Assembly: GCA_030390025.1 (NCBI GenBank)
Contig: CM059425.1
Location: 239,444,001 to 239,508,000, forward strand
Source of the DNA: Squalus acanthias
Taxonomy: Eukaryota
Reading direction: 5' to 3'
Length of the DNA: 64,000 nucleotides
The position numbers and the translations under genes are program-made. The notes under the pieces were generated by a model that was not told the DNA's origin, did not search any database, and was given only the letters and a program-made list of their open reading frames with translations. Below, piece by piece: positions 41,001 to 50,643 of the stretch (the first letter of the stretch is position 1; every line of letters begins with the position of its first letter).

Positions 41001-44000
41001 CTGGAGATCGAACAGGTTTTTAAGCAAGTGTAGGGGCAGGGAAAGGGGGGAGGGGAGGAAAGAACAAAAGGGAAGGTCTGTGATGGGATGGAAGGCAGGA
41101 GAGATTAAGAGACAAACGGGATGATGGCGCAAGGCAAGGAGATGGTAATGGGACAAGTTAAGAAACAAAATATGACGCTAGATGAAGTGTAAATGGCAAT
41201 GGCAGAATGATCAACAGTTGCCATGTGAGAGAGAGAAAAAAAAAATTGAAAAAAAAGATTGGGGCAGAGGTTATGGTCTGAAATTGTTGAACTCAATGTT
41301 GAGTCCAGAAGGCTGTAAAGTGCCTAATCGAAAGATGAGGTGCTGTTCCTCGAGCTTACATTGAGCTTCATTGGAACAGTGCAAGAGGCCGAGGACAGAG
41401 AAGTCAGAGTGGGAGTGGAGCATTAAAGTGAGAGGCAACCGGAAGCTCGGGGTCACCCTTACGGACTGAACGGAGGTGTTCCGCAAAGCGGTCACCCAAT
41501 CTGCGTTTGGTCTCCCCAATGTAGAGGAGACCGCATCGTGAGCAGCGAATACAGTATACTAAATTGCAAGAAGTACAAGTAAATCGCTGTTTCACCTGGA
41601 AGGAGTGTTTGGGGCTCTGGACAGTGGGAAGGGAGGAGGTAAAAGGGCATGTGTTGCATCTCCTGCGCTTGCACGTGAAGGTGCCGGGCGAAGGGGAAGG
41701 GGTGTTGGGGGTGATAGAGGAGTGGACCAGGGTGTCACGGAGGGAGCGGTCCCTTCGGAATGCTGAAAGGGGAGGTGAGGGGAAGATGTGTTTGGTGGTG
41801 GGATCGCGCTGGAGGTGGTGGAAATGGCGGAGGATGATCCGTTGAATGTGGAGGCTGGTGGGGTGAAAGGTGAGGACAAGGGGAACCCTATTGTGGTTCC
41901 GGGAGAGAGGGGCAGGGGTGAGGGCAGAAGTGCGGGAAATAGAACAGATGCGGTCAAGGGCCGTGTCAACCACAGTAGAGGGGAATCCTCGGTTGAGGAA
42001 AAAGGAAGACATGCCGGAAGCACTAGTATGGAAGGTGGCATCGTCAGAGCAGATGCGGCGGAGATGGAGAAACTGGGAGAATGGAATAGAGTCCTTACAG
42101 GAAGCGGGGTGGGAGGAAGTGTAGTCCAGGTAGCTGTGAGAGTCAGTGGGCTTGTAGTGAATGTTTGTCAATAGCCTATCCCCAGAGATGGCAACAGAGA
42201 AGTCGAGGAAGGGAAGGGAAGAGTCGGAGATGGACCATGTGAAGGTGAGGGAAGGGTGGAAATTGGAAGCAAAGTGAATGAAATTTTCTAGTTCAGGGCG
42301 AAAGCAGGAAACGGCACCGATACAGTCATCAATGTACCGGAAAAAGAGGTGAGGGAGGGGACCCGAGTAGGACTGGAACAAAGAATGTTCCACATATCCC
42401 ACGAAAAGGCAGGCATAGCTAGGACCCATGCGGGTTCCCATAGCAACACCTTTAATTTGGAGGAAGTGAGTGGAGTCAAAGGAGTAGTTGTTCAATGTGA
42501 GAACAAGTTCAGTCAGGCGAAGGAGGGTGGTGGTGGAATGGGACTGGTTGGGCCTCTGTTCAAGGAAGAAGCGGAGCGCCCTGAGGCCATTCTGGTGGGG
42601 GAGTGTCACTCATCACATCCCCATCACTCTGCCTTCCCTACCCTACTCCTGCACTTCCTTACTCACACCAACTTACCTTACACCTCCACCCATCCCTCTC
42701 CATCTACATTATCACTTCCTGATCTCACTAGCCAACCCTCACACTCACCCTCATCCTAGTCCAATCATAGTCCACCAGGATAGGCACTTGTGTGTTTTAG
42801 CCAATGTTCATGTGAAGTTTCTGTTAATGTGCTGTCAAATATTGAAATCTTTATTTTCAATACTGCATTCTTGGACAGATTTGTGTGCACCTTTGGAAGT
42901 GGCTTAGTGAGTTGCAGCGAATGGTGAGACATAACGGTACCCCCCGCAATGGTGATGAGTGTGAAAGGAATGGCTTGGGCATTGTAGGGATGCTTTATGG
43001 TGTTGGTGTGGGGTGGTGCCAACCTGGCGCATCATGTGTTGTCAATGGTGAGAGAGGTTGTTCCAATGAAGGGACACTGGATACAGAGTTTACTCCAAAC
43101 ACTTGCAACCTGCATAAAGCTCAATCTGTCTTCCAAATGCAGTAAGCAACAGCTTCTGAGCTTGGAAAGTGAACAGCTATGAGATGGAACTTCTTTAGCA
43201 CATTTGCAGCTGTCAAGTAAAGAGATGATTTCATGGTGGCACAACTCCCGACCTGCTTACCTGACGTGATCCCTGAGCAGCGTGGAACCCGTGGGTGACC
43301 TCATAAAATGTTAAGGTGAGCTCAAAATTCTCTTTAACAGGCTGTTAACAAGGTCTTAATCACCTAAATTGCCTCCCCCGCCACTTGGTGTCGTGTCTGT
43401 TCAGCGCTGACAGACCCGACATCTGTGAAACTAGCGTGGCAGCGGGTTCCCTATAGTTTCCATGTCTAAGAATATGGGATACACAACATGCTTTCAATTC
43501 ACCATCATTGCCATTCTTGACTGGCCACTAGGAGGCACACCAGAGCAGAAGAATGCCCAACTGATTTTATATCCCCATCTTCAGACAGGAGTTCAGCTTC
43601 CTCTGTCTGCTCTGCCTGCTATTGCACTGCACTTAAGGCTGAATATGTGACGTTGGAAGGATGAGTCAGAGAAAGAGGGCATTTGAACCTGTGCTCTCCT
43701 ACTGTGTGGTGTCATCCATTGACAATTTAAATGCATAGTGTCACTGCACCTCCCCATTTACAATTTTTTTTTTAAAAGAAAGATTTATTTTCAAATAATT
43801 TTTGTTGACCTTTTTTTTCCAGATAGCACTTTACTCCAACTTTGGCTATCTAAAAAGAAAAATGATTATTCTCTGACAAAGGTTCTTTGATACAAACAAT
43901 TTTGGTTTTAATCTGTCCTTGAACATCTGACTGGAATTTGTTCCATTTTCTGAACAGCAAACACATTTATGAGGGGTCTCCCGAAGTAGCAAACGCCTTC

Positions 44001-45844
44001 CAATATAAAGTAAAGCCATCGACAGTCAAATACCCAAGTGTTAGAGAATCAGAAAAGATGTGGGTCACCGGGTGTAGAAGACTGCTTTGAAAGGAACACA
44101 ACTATGGCAATTAAGATTTCCAGTTCCACCGAATCGTGTCTTCCATATATAGGTACATTGGATAAATGTCCAAAGATGTACCTTTTAGGAGTGCTTACTA
44201 CTGAAGATAAAATTAAGCCACCAAAGTAGAGGAAGCCATCAATAATCAGAAAGTTAAGCTCCTGGTGCTATTTCCACAGCTAATCTGAGAATAGAAAACC
44301 AAACAAAACTACCCTGGAAGGGCCACTTCACCAAACAAGAGCTAGAAATACATAAAAGCACACGAAAAAAAGAAATAAAAACTTGCATTTATATAGCGCC
44401 TCAGGGCGTCCCAAAACACTTTACAGCCAGTGAAGTACTTTTGAAGTGTAGTCACTATTGGAATGTAGGGTGAATTGTACAACTGCTAATGTTGTACCAT
44501 TGTTTAAAAAGGGAGAAAGGGATACACCAAATAATTACAGGCCAGTCAGTCTAACCTCGGTGATGGGCAAATTATTGGAAAAAATTCTGAGGGACAGTAT
44601 TAATCGTCATTTAGAAAGGCACGAATTAATCAAGGGCAGTCAGCCTGGATTTGTTAAGGGAAGATCGTGTCTGACTAACTTGATTGAATTTTTTGAGGAG
44701 GTAACAAGGAGGGTCGATGAGGGTACCATGTTTGATGTAGTCTACATGGATGATAGCCTGGATTATGTGCTCAAGTCTTTGGAATGGGGCTTGAACACAC
44801 AACCTTCTGACTCAGAGGCGAGAGTGCCACCAGTGAGCCAAGGTAGACATGTTAAGAAGGGGAAAAGACCATCAGGCTCGCTCTATCCAGACATGGTGCA
44901 ACTACACACACCACTCACCCCATCTCTAACCTGCAACTTCCTAGTAGTGAGTGAGATATTAGGATGGAATGCAACCATCTAAGGCGTGAATTCACCAAAG
45001 CCTAGAACAATGAAGTGGACCTCGAAAGAATTTGTTTAGCAGTTGAACAAAGGGTCCAAATATAATTAACTCGCTAAGAGATCAGAAAGAGACTTTACAA
45101 ACTGGGTGTTACCCATAATCTGAGGGAAATAGTGAAAGGCAAGTTATATCATTATCTGGCTTTTATCACTGGACTTTACAATGTGACAAACTGAAATATA
45201 TAGCATAAGGTTTAGTAGCCAGGTTCATGAATTGGTAGAATTTTCAGTATCATGCAAACACTATTTTACTTCCAAAGCTATTATTGTAATAAATGGAGGA
45301 GTGCATTACTTAAAGGGACAAGATTGGCGATCAGTTGGTGAGTGGTGGAGTCTAACTTTTGTATAATTCTATACACCTGAAGAAAAATATTAAAGGGTTC
45401 AGGGATAGAACATGGAAATGGGATAAGTGTAGATAGCTTCAATGTATAAATTTCTATGCTTTTAATTAAAGAGAAAAACACTCACTTAGTCTCACTTCTT
45501 TTAGTTTTCTAAATACAGATCTAACATAAACGCTTGATAGGGCATCTATAAACCTCAGCAGTTCACTGAATATCTATTTTCTTCCTGAAAGTCCATTATG
45601 TTATTCACTGTGCAACACAACCTCTATTCACATTTCTAAAATATAATGATATATTTTACTTTACCGCCTTACAGCTCTTGGAAAAATTAAAGGCTTGATG
45701 CTGGCGATAAAACAACTTCCAAATCGATGCTGGTTGCCAGGGTTTTGAAAGTTTAGGTTTGTAAGTCAGGCTGATGGGGTGTTTTTGATAGCTGCCTGCT
45801 AAAGTTTCAAGGTCCTTTACTCTTTGCTGCCAGTTCTTCTTCAT
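16687..45844 (-). CDS. PRIMPOL: DNA-directed primase/polymerase PrimPol, complete CDS, 12 coding exons, 593 aa; complement(join(16687..17016,22759..22805,22904..22986,24340..24448,24576..24662,27458..27555,28543..28705,29462..29752,34702..34849,37514..37652,40016..40122,45665..45844))
   Basis: All introns GT-AG with consistent phases, total 1782 nt. AEP motifs LYFDLE (DxE), FSRHL (SxH), [14 protein letters not shown]; WFYY motif; UL52-type Zn finger WCENIGRAH...KCYDPVC; acidic RPA-binding motifs at the C-terminus. Confidence 0.97.
17590..18130 (-). mobile_element. CR1 3' fragments
   Basis: CR1 tail and RT-derived sequence. Confidence 0.7.
18165..18574 (-). mobile_element. Deu-domain tRNA-derived SINE (SacSINE1/AmnSINE1-related)
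   Basis: Near-full copy of the 59041-59497 element. Confidence 0.8.
18600..20346 (+). mobile_element. 5'-truncated CR1 LINE
   Basis: ORFs 18803..19003 and 19461..20207 are CR1 RT; 3' tail interrupted by the Penelope insertion. Confidence 0.92.
20347..20921 (+). mobile_element. Non-coding Penelope-like element: inverted pLTR pair (227-bp perfect arms) with 3' tail and hammerhead motif
   Basis: Arms 20346-20572 and 20654-20880, 81-bp spacer, about 40-nt unpaired tail; 13-bp TSD ctcctatttctta at 20334-20346 and 20922-20934. Confidence 0.85.
20793..20830 (+). ncRNA. Minimal type I hammerhead ribozyme motif (mirror copy at 20396-20433, minus strand)
   Basis: TTAC-CTGAGGA-A-GGAGC-GAAA-GCTCC-GAAA-GCTT-GTAA: core boxes, stem II, stem I TTAC/GTAA, palindromic AGCT in place of stem III. 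Confidence 0.7.
20945..21500 (-). mobile_element. Old CR1 fragments
   Basis: Decayed IDKSPGLDG...ANVTPLF...YRPV region. Confidence 0.65.
21660..22360 (+). mobile_element. CR1 3' fragment with a 17-bp x3 internal tandem duplication (22232-22284)
   Basis: ORF 21902..22237 is the CR1 C-terminus; agttgakgtcgatgatc repeated three times. Confidence 0.9.
22759..22805 (-). CDS. PRIMPOL: PRIMPOL coding exon 11 ([16 protein letters not shown])
   Basis: ttcaag acceptor, gtatgt donor, 47 nt; aligns to human CFPLPAEVCLLFLFKE. Confidence 0.88.
22904..22986 (-). CDS. PRIMPOL: PRIMPOL coding exon 10 ([28 protein letters not shown])
   Basis: ttgtag acceptor, gtaaga donor; Zn-finger CxDPxC. Confidence 0.95.
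23880..24260 (-). mobile_element. Old SINE-like repeat (same family as 5480-5830)
   Basis: Reverse-complement similarity to the 5480 copy. Confidence 0.5.
24340..24448 (-). CDS. PRIMPOL: PRIMPOL coding exon 9 ([36 protein letters not shown])
   Basis: cctcag acceptor, gtaagt donor; Zn-finger Cys and His. Confidence 0.95.
24576..24662 (-). CDS. PRIMPOL: PRIMPOL coding exon 8 ([29 protein letters not shown])
   Basis: ttttacag acceptor, gtaagt donor; SPYPEID motif. Confidence 0.93.
24790..26200 (+). mobile_element. CR1 with ORF1 joined almost directly to the ORF2 3' end and tail (ORF2 deleted)
   Basis: ORFs 24765..25124 and 25124..25468 (CxxCx[23 protein letters not shown]); ORF2 start [10 protein letters not shown] jumps to FKVIGKR at about 25920. 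Confidence 0.88.
27458..27555 (-). CDS. PRIMPOL: PRIMPOL coding exon 7 ([33 protein letters not shown])
   Basis: ttacag acceptor, gtattc donor; aligns to human RFSDTLRILTCE. Confidence 0.9.
28140..28455 (-). mobile_element. Degraded Deu-domain SINE
   Basis: aacttgcatttatatag tail and attggccaggacactgggagaactccctgctctt core. Confidence 0.65.
28543..28705 (-). CDS. PRIMPOL: PRIMPOL coding exon 6 ([19 protein letters not shown]...FLSSLVSNV)
   Basis: tttaaag acceptor, gtacag donor; NRNFR motif. Confidence 0.95.
28920..28990 (+). mobile_element. Remnant of the Penelope family-B pLTR 3' end and tail
   Basis: cagcattttctgtttatatttcagatttccaacatctgcagtatttt matches 53318-53366. Confidence 0.6.
29462..29752 (-). 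CDS. PRIMPOL: PRIMPOL coding exon 5 ([10 protein letters not shown]...[21 protein letters not shown])
   Basis: tttaag acceptor, gtacgt donor; motif III FVD. Confidence 0.95.
29960..33010. mobile_element. GC-rich non-autonomous DNA-transposon-like repeat (about 29960-30518 and 32790-33010) split by a CR1
   Basis: CpG-rich ends and AT-rich middle like the other MITEs; ttcttcaatc / tgactggttgaaga halves rejoin across the CR1; TIRs not clearly resolved. Confidence 0.4.
30520..32790 (+). mobile_element. 5'-truncated CR1 LINE ORF2 with a (TA)n expansion at about 31812-31840
   Basis: ORFs 30554..32595 are successive CR1 ORF2 pieces ([22 protein letters not shown]); CR1 tail. Confidence 0.92.
34702..34849 (-). 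CDS. PRIMPOL: PRIMPOL coding exon 4 ([10 protein letters not shown]...[10 protein letters not shown]...NIHV)
   Basis: attcag acceptor, gtaagt donor; SxH motif II. Confidence 0.95.
36345..37420 (+). mobile_element. L2-clade LINE 3' fragment
   Basis: [39 protein letters not shown] and LHWLP motifs; tail tatataaatgcaagtt shared with the Deu-SINEs. Confidence 0.85.
37514..37652 (-). CDS. PRIMPOL: PRIMPOL coding exon 3 ([27 protein letters not shown]...VAKLIQ)
   Basis: ttttcag acceptor, CAG|gtgctg donor; catalytic DxE motif I. Confidence 0.95.
38021..38769. mobile_element. Harbinger-like MITE, about 750 bp
   Basis: TIRs ggggtagagtttccgct / agcggaaactccaggccc; GC-rich ends, AT-rich centre. Confidence 0.7.
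39350..39860 (+). mobile_element. Old CR1 RT fragment
   Basis: Decayed [10 protein letters not shown]...IENWLNDRK...QGSVL segment. Confidence 0.65.
40016..40122 (-). CDS. PRIMPOL: PRIMPOL coding exon 2 (DVHVFALE...[17 protein letters not shown])
   Basis: ttacag acceptor, gtaagc donor; DVHVFALE and WFYY motifs. Confidence 0.95.
40890..42600 (-). mobile_element. 5'-truncated Penelope-like retroelement (RT C-terminal half + GIY-YIG endonuclease + pLTR)
   Basis: ORF 41404..42609 has [23 protein letters not shown], CxxxRCxTC and [17 protein letters not shown]; a frameshift near 41420 continues into [10 protein letters not shown]. Confidence 0.92.
40956..40992 (-). ncRNA. Minimal hammerhead ribozyme motif in the Penelope pLTR (family B)
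   Basis: AGCT-CTGACGA-G-GGGTC-ATC-GACCT-GAAA-CGTT-AACT. Confidence 0.65.
44378..44850 (-). mobile_element. Deu-SINE tail and head with the centre replaced by a plus-strand CR1 RT fragment (about 44480-44750)
   Basis: SINE tail 44378-44470, CR1 [10 protein letters not shown]...DVVYMD, SINE tRNA head 44753-44848. Confidence 0.75.
45665..45844 (-). CDS. PRIMPOL: PRIMPOL coding exon 1 ([13 protein letters not shown]...[10 protein letters not shown])
   Basis: ctcag|AGTATG acceptor (exon starts 45847), 60 codons, gtaaag donor; matches human MNRKWEAKLKQIE...AFNFVKSCKE. Confidence 0.95.
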
Positions 45845-46624
45845 ACTCTGAGAAAAGTAAAGACATATTAGTTGAGGTTCCCTTAAAATTACAAGAAATT
45901 TTAGGAACAGGAAAACCCAACAAACACGTCTTTTTGATCTCACTTCCCATCGACCTACTTTCACAACATATCCCTCAACAAACATATCTAATTACCTCTT
46001 AAACCCATTTCCCATTATAAAGTATTCCACAAGTGTATAACACTTAGGTTACAAAATTTGCCTTACTTCCCTTCTTATTCCTAAATTCCTCATTTCTAAT
46101 CTGTAATCCCTAATATTTAAAACATTCACCATAGAGAACAATTTGTGCAGATTGCTCTTTAGTGAGAGAAACAGAAGAAACTACAAATCCCAGAGAGACA
46201 TGCTGGAATGAGAGAAAAATGAAAAAAACAGATACAGAAGAAAAATAAGAGAAAGAGTAAAAGGAGAAAAACAAAACAAGATTACAGTGAAAATAGAAAT
46301 AGAGAAAAAAATAGTTCAATACACCAAAAGATCACGTTAGATGTGAGGAAAGCCATTCATCTTATCTTATTCAATTCATCCAGAAAGAACCTACAGTCCT
46401 TCTCATTACTGCATCCAATTGCTTCTTAAATGATTCTAAGATTTTCACCTCCACTATCCTATCCAGAAGTCTTTCCCATGTGTTGAGCACTCCACAAAAG
46501 CAAAACTTTGAGATGTCTTTCACTAATTTGAACCTGTGCCCCATCCTAATTTTTAATGTTTAATTTGCAGTATTGTTCTGAATTTACCTTTTCTATACAG
46601 TATATTATCTTATATACTTCATTA

Positions 46625-47617
46625 AGGAAGATGGTTGTCGTTGGTTGGAGGTCAGCCCTCAGCCCCAGGACATCGCTGCAGGAGTTCCTCAGGGCAGTGT
46701 CCTAGGCCCAACCATCTTCAGCTGCTTCATCAATGACCTTCCCTCCAACATAAGGTCAGAAATGGGGATATTCGCTGATGACTGCACAGTGTTCAGCGCC
46801 ATTCACAACTCCTCAGATAATGAAGCAGTCCATGCCCGCACGCAACAAGACCTGGACGACGTTCAGGCTTGGGCTGATAAGTGGCAGGTAACGTTCGCGC
46901 CACAGAAGTGCCAGGCAATGACTATCTCCAACAAGCGAGAGTCTAACCACCTCCCCTTGATATTCAACGGCATTACCATCGCCAAATCCCCCACCATCAA
47001 CATCCTGGGGGGGGGGTCACCATTGACCAGAAACTTAACTGGACCAGCCACGTAAATACTGTGGCAACAAGAGCAAGTCAGAGGCTGGGTATTCTGCGGT
47101 GAGTGTCTCACCTCCTGACTCCCCAAAGCCTTTCCACCATCTACAAGACACAAGTCAGGAGTGCGATGGAATACTCTCCACTTGCCTGGATGAGTGCAGC
47201 TCCAACAACACTCAAGAAGCTTGACACCAGCCAAGACAAAGCAGCCTGCTTGATTGGCACCCCATCCACCACATTAAATATTCACTCCCTCCACCACCGG
47301 CGCACAGTGGCTGCAGTGTGTACCAGCTACAAGATGCACTGCAGCAACTCGCCAAGGCTTCTTTGGCAGCACCTCCCAAACCCACTTCCTCTACCACCTA
47401 TAAGGACAAGGGCAGCAGGTGCATGGGAACACCATTACCTCCAAGTTCCCCTCCAAGTCACACACCATCCTGACTTGGAAGTATATCGCCGTTCCTTCAT
47501 AGTCGCGGTGTCAAAATCCTGGAACTCCCTCCCTAACAGCACTGTGGGAGTACCTTCACCACACGGACTGCAGCGGTTCAAGAAGGCGGCTCACCGCCAC
47601 CTTCTCAAGGGCAACTA
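46625..47617 (+). mobile_element. CR1-group LINE of a second family (3' part); its tail resumes at 50253-50310
   Basis: [31 protein letters not shown] motifs; the intact junction is seen in the 58110 copy. Confidence 0.85.
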
Positions 47618-50250
47618 GAAACATAGACATAGAAAAATAGGAGCAGGAGTAGGCCATTCAGCCCTTCAAGCCTGCTCCGCCATTCAATATGATCATGGCT
47701 GATCCTCTATCTCAATACCATATTCCCGCTCTCTCCCCATACCCCTTGACGCCTTTTGCATCTAGAAATCTATCTATCTCCTTCTTAAATATATTCAGTG
47801 ACTTGGCCTCCACAGCCTTCTGTGGTAGAGAATTCCACAGGTTCACCACCCTCTGAGTAAAGAAATTTCTCTTCGTCTCAGTCCTAAATGTCCTACCCAG
47901 TATCCTGAGACTGTGACCCCTCGTTCTAGACCCTCCCAGCCAGGGGAAACATCCTCCCTGCATCCAGTCTGTCTAGCCCTGTCAGAATTTTACACGTTTC
48001 AATGAGATGCCCTCTCATTCTTCTAAACTCGAGTGAATACAGGCCTAGTCGACCCAATCTCTCCTCATACGACAGTCCTGCCATCCCAGGAATCAGTCTG
48101 GTGAACCTTCGCTGCACTCCCTCTATGGCAAGTATATCCTTTCTAATGTAAGGAGACCAAAACTGCACACAGTCCTCCAGGTGTGGTCTCACCAAGGCCC
48201 TGTATAACTGTAGCAAGACATCCTTGCTCCTGTACTCAAATCCTCTTGCAATGAAGGCCAACATACCATTTGCCTTCTTAACTGCTTGCTGCACCTGCAT
48301 GTTTGCTTTTAGTGACTGGTGTACAAGGACACCCAGGTCCCTTTGTACATCAACATTTCCCAATCTATCATCATTTAAATAATACTCTGCCTTTCTGTTT
48401 TTCCTACCGAAGTGGATAACTTCACATTTATTCACGTTATACTGCATCTGCCATGTATTTGTCCACTCACTCAACTTGTCTAAATTGCCTTGAAGCCTCT
48501 TTGCATCCTCCTCACAACGCACAATCCCACCTAGTTTCACGTCGTCAGCAAATTTGGAAATATTGGGGCAGAAATTCGGGTCTCCACGGGTGAGTATGCG
48601 CTGTGTACACACCCGTAGGGCCACCGGAAGTGCCGGTTTCGCGAATGCACTGCGCATGCACGGGAAACCGGAACTTCCGGTCTCGTGAAAGAAGGGGTTC
48701 GAGGATCAACCACGTGCGCCGGAGAGGCAGCGCGCACGCAGCGAACTTCCGGTTTTTTTAGTTTTTTTTTACAGGTTTCTGTGTGAGGGTAAGTCCCTGG
48801 CAGCTGCGCGGGGAAAAAGCAGGCGCAAGGCCTGCTTTTAACAAGGTAAGTAGTGAATTAACTAAAATTAAAACATTTTTTCCACAGGTTTATTATTTTT
48901 AAATACTTACAGAAAGGTAAGTTTATTTTTAGCCCCGTTAAAAACTGTAATTAATTTTTTCAAAAATTTAAATTATTGTTTAAAATAGTTATTTTATGTA
49001 ATTTATAGATATTTTAAAAATGTGATTTAAAAAAAATGTATTTGAAGTTTTAGTTAGGTTTTGGGGCCGATCTCTATTCATAGATTTGACAGGTCTTCCT
49101 GTCAAATCTATGAATGGAGATTCCCTGCTCCGATTGGCTCTCCATGGCCCACGTGATCCCAGGGGATGCTTCGAACTAACTGCGCCCTGGGATACGCAAG
49201 CACTGCGCGCCGGCAGCTGGAGGAGGCCCAGGATCAGAATTCCACGCGGGCCCACAACACAACGGCAGGCGCGCTAGGTAAGTGCAGGTTGGGGGCTTGC
49301 ACCCGCGGGAAGCCTCCGACCCGAATTTCTGGCCCATTACATTTGGTTCCCTCATCCAAATCATTGATATATATTGTGAATAACTGGGGCCCAAGCACTG
49401 ATCCCTGCGGTACCCCACTAGTCACCGCCTGCCACCCCGAAAAAGACCCATTTATTCCTACTCTCTGTTTCCTGTCTGTTAACCAATTTTCAATCCATGC
49501 CAGTATATTACCCCCAATCCCATGTGCTTTAATTTTGCACACTAACCTCTTATGTGGGACTTTATCAAAGGCCTTCTGAAAATCCAAATACACCACATCC
49601 ACTGGTTCTCCCTTATCTATTCTACCAGTTACATCCTCAAAAAACTCCAGTAGGTTTGTTAAACACGATTTCCCTTTCATAAATCCATGTTGACTTTGTC
49701 TAATCCCGTTGATATTTTCTAAGTGTCCTGTTATCACATCCTTTATAATAGGCTCTAGCATTTTCCCTACTACTGATGTTAGGCTGTTAGGATGTAGTTA
49801 GGATGATGTTCGGATGTAGTTCCCTGTTTTCTCTCTCCCTCCTTTTTTAAATAGTGGGGTTACATTTGCCACCCTCCAATCTGCAGGAACTGTTCCATAA
49901 TCTATAGAATTTTGGAAGATGACAACCAATGTATCCACTATTTCCATGGCTATCTCTTTCAGTACTCTGGGATGCAGATTGTCAGGCCCTGGGGATTTAT
50001 CAGCTTTCAGTCCCATTAATTTCTCCAGCACTATTTTTTTACTAATACTCATTTCCTTTAATTCCTCCTTCTCACTAGATCCTTGGTTCCTTAGCATTTC
50101 TGGGAAGTTATTTGTGTCCTCTACCGTGAAGACAGAACCAAAGTATTTGTTTAATTGTTCTGCCATTTCCTTGTTCCCCATTATAAATTCTCCCGTTTCT
50201 AATTGTAAGGGACCTACATTTGTCTTCGCTAATCTTTTTCTTTTTACGTA
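47618..50250 (-). mobile_element. 5'-truncated CR1 LINE interrupted by a MITE
   Basis: ORFs 49798..50301, 49234..49761, 47926..48657 and 47712..47963 are CR1 ORF2 pieces. Confidence 0.92.
48565..49335. mobile_element. PIF/Harbinger-type MITE, 771 bp
   Basis: 18-bp TIRs ggggcagaaattcgggtc / gacccgaatttctggccc (1 mismatch); 3-bp ATT TSD; removing it restores the CR1 RT. Confidence 0.88.
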
Positions 50251-50319
50251 ACAGGGGATGGGCAATAAATGCTGGCCTTGCCAGCGACACCTACATCCCA
50301 TGAACGAAAAGGTGCCCTA

Positions 50320-50630
50320 TCAGTTGTCTCCTTCAAGTTTTTCCAGTCTTTCTTGATAAATGAGTCCTTTGATGCTAGGGATCAAACTTATGAATGTTCT
50401 GGGCACTGCTTCCAGGTGCTGAATGTCTCCTTTGTATCTCAGTGACCAGAACTGGATACAGTACTCAAGATGTAGACTGACTAGAGCACTGTACAGTTTA
50501 AGCATGATTTTCCCCAGTTTGTATACTACTGATTTAGCAAGATAGTTCAGCATTTTATTTGCTTTATTGATTGCTCTTATGAGCGATTGGACATGTTGCA
50601 CTTTGAGTCTACAAAGATCCCAGATCTCTT
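50320..50630 (-). mobile_element. Old CR1 fragment
   Basis: ORF 50320..50634 [18 protein letters not shown]. Confidence 0.75.
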
Positions 50631-50643
50631 TCAACTTTACACT

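Larger units (their letters stand above)
40334..43450. mobile_element. Decayed PIF/Harbinger-like element with a Myb/SANT-like remnant, interrupted by Penelope
   Basis: [26 protein letters not shown]...QWRKPFNYL at about 40630-40840 resembles Harbinger Myb-like ORFs; left end aggccgcgatttccc; right end uncertain. Confidence 0.5.

Noticed and set aside
41564-42907. Multiple plus-strand ORFs over the Penelope element
   Set aside because: Shadow frames of the minus-strand RT/GIY-YIG ORF
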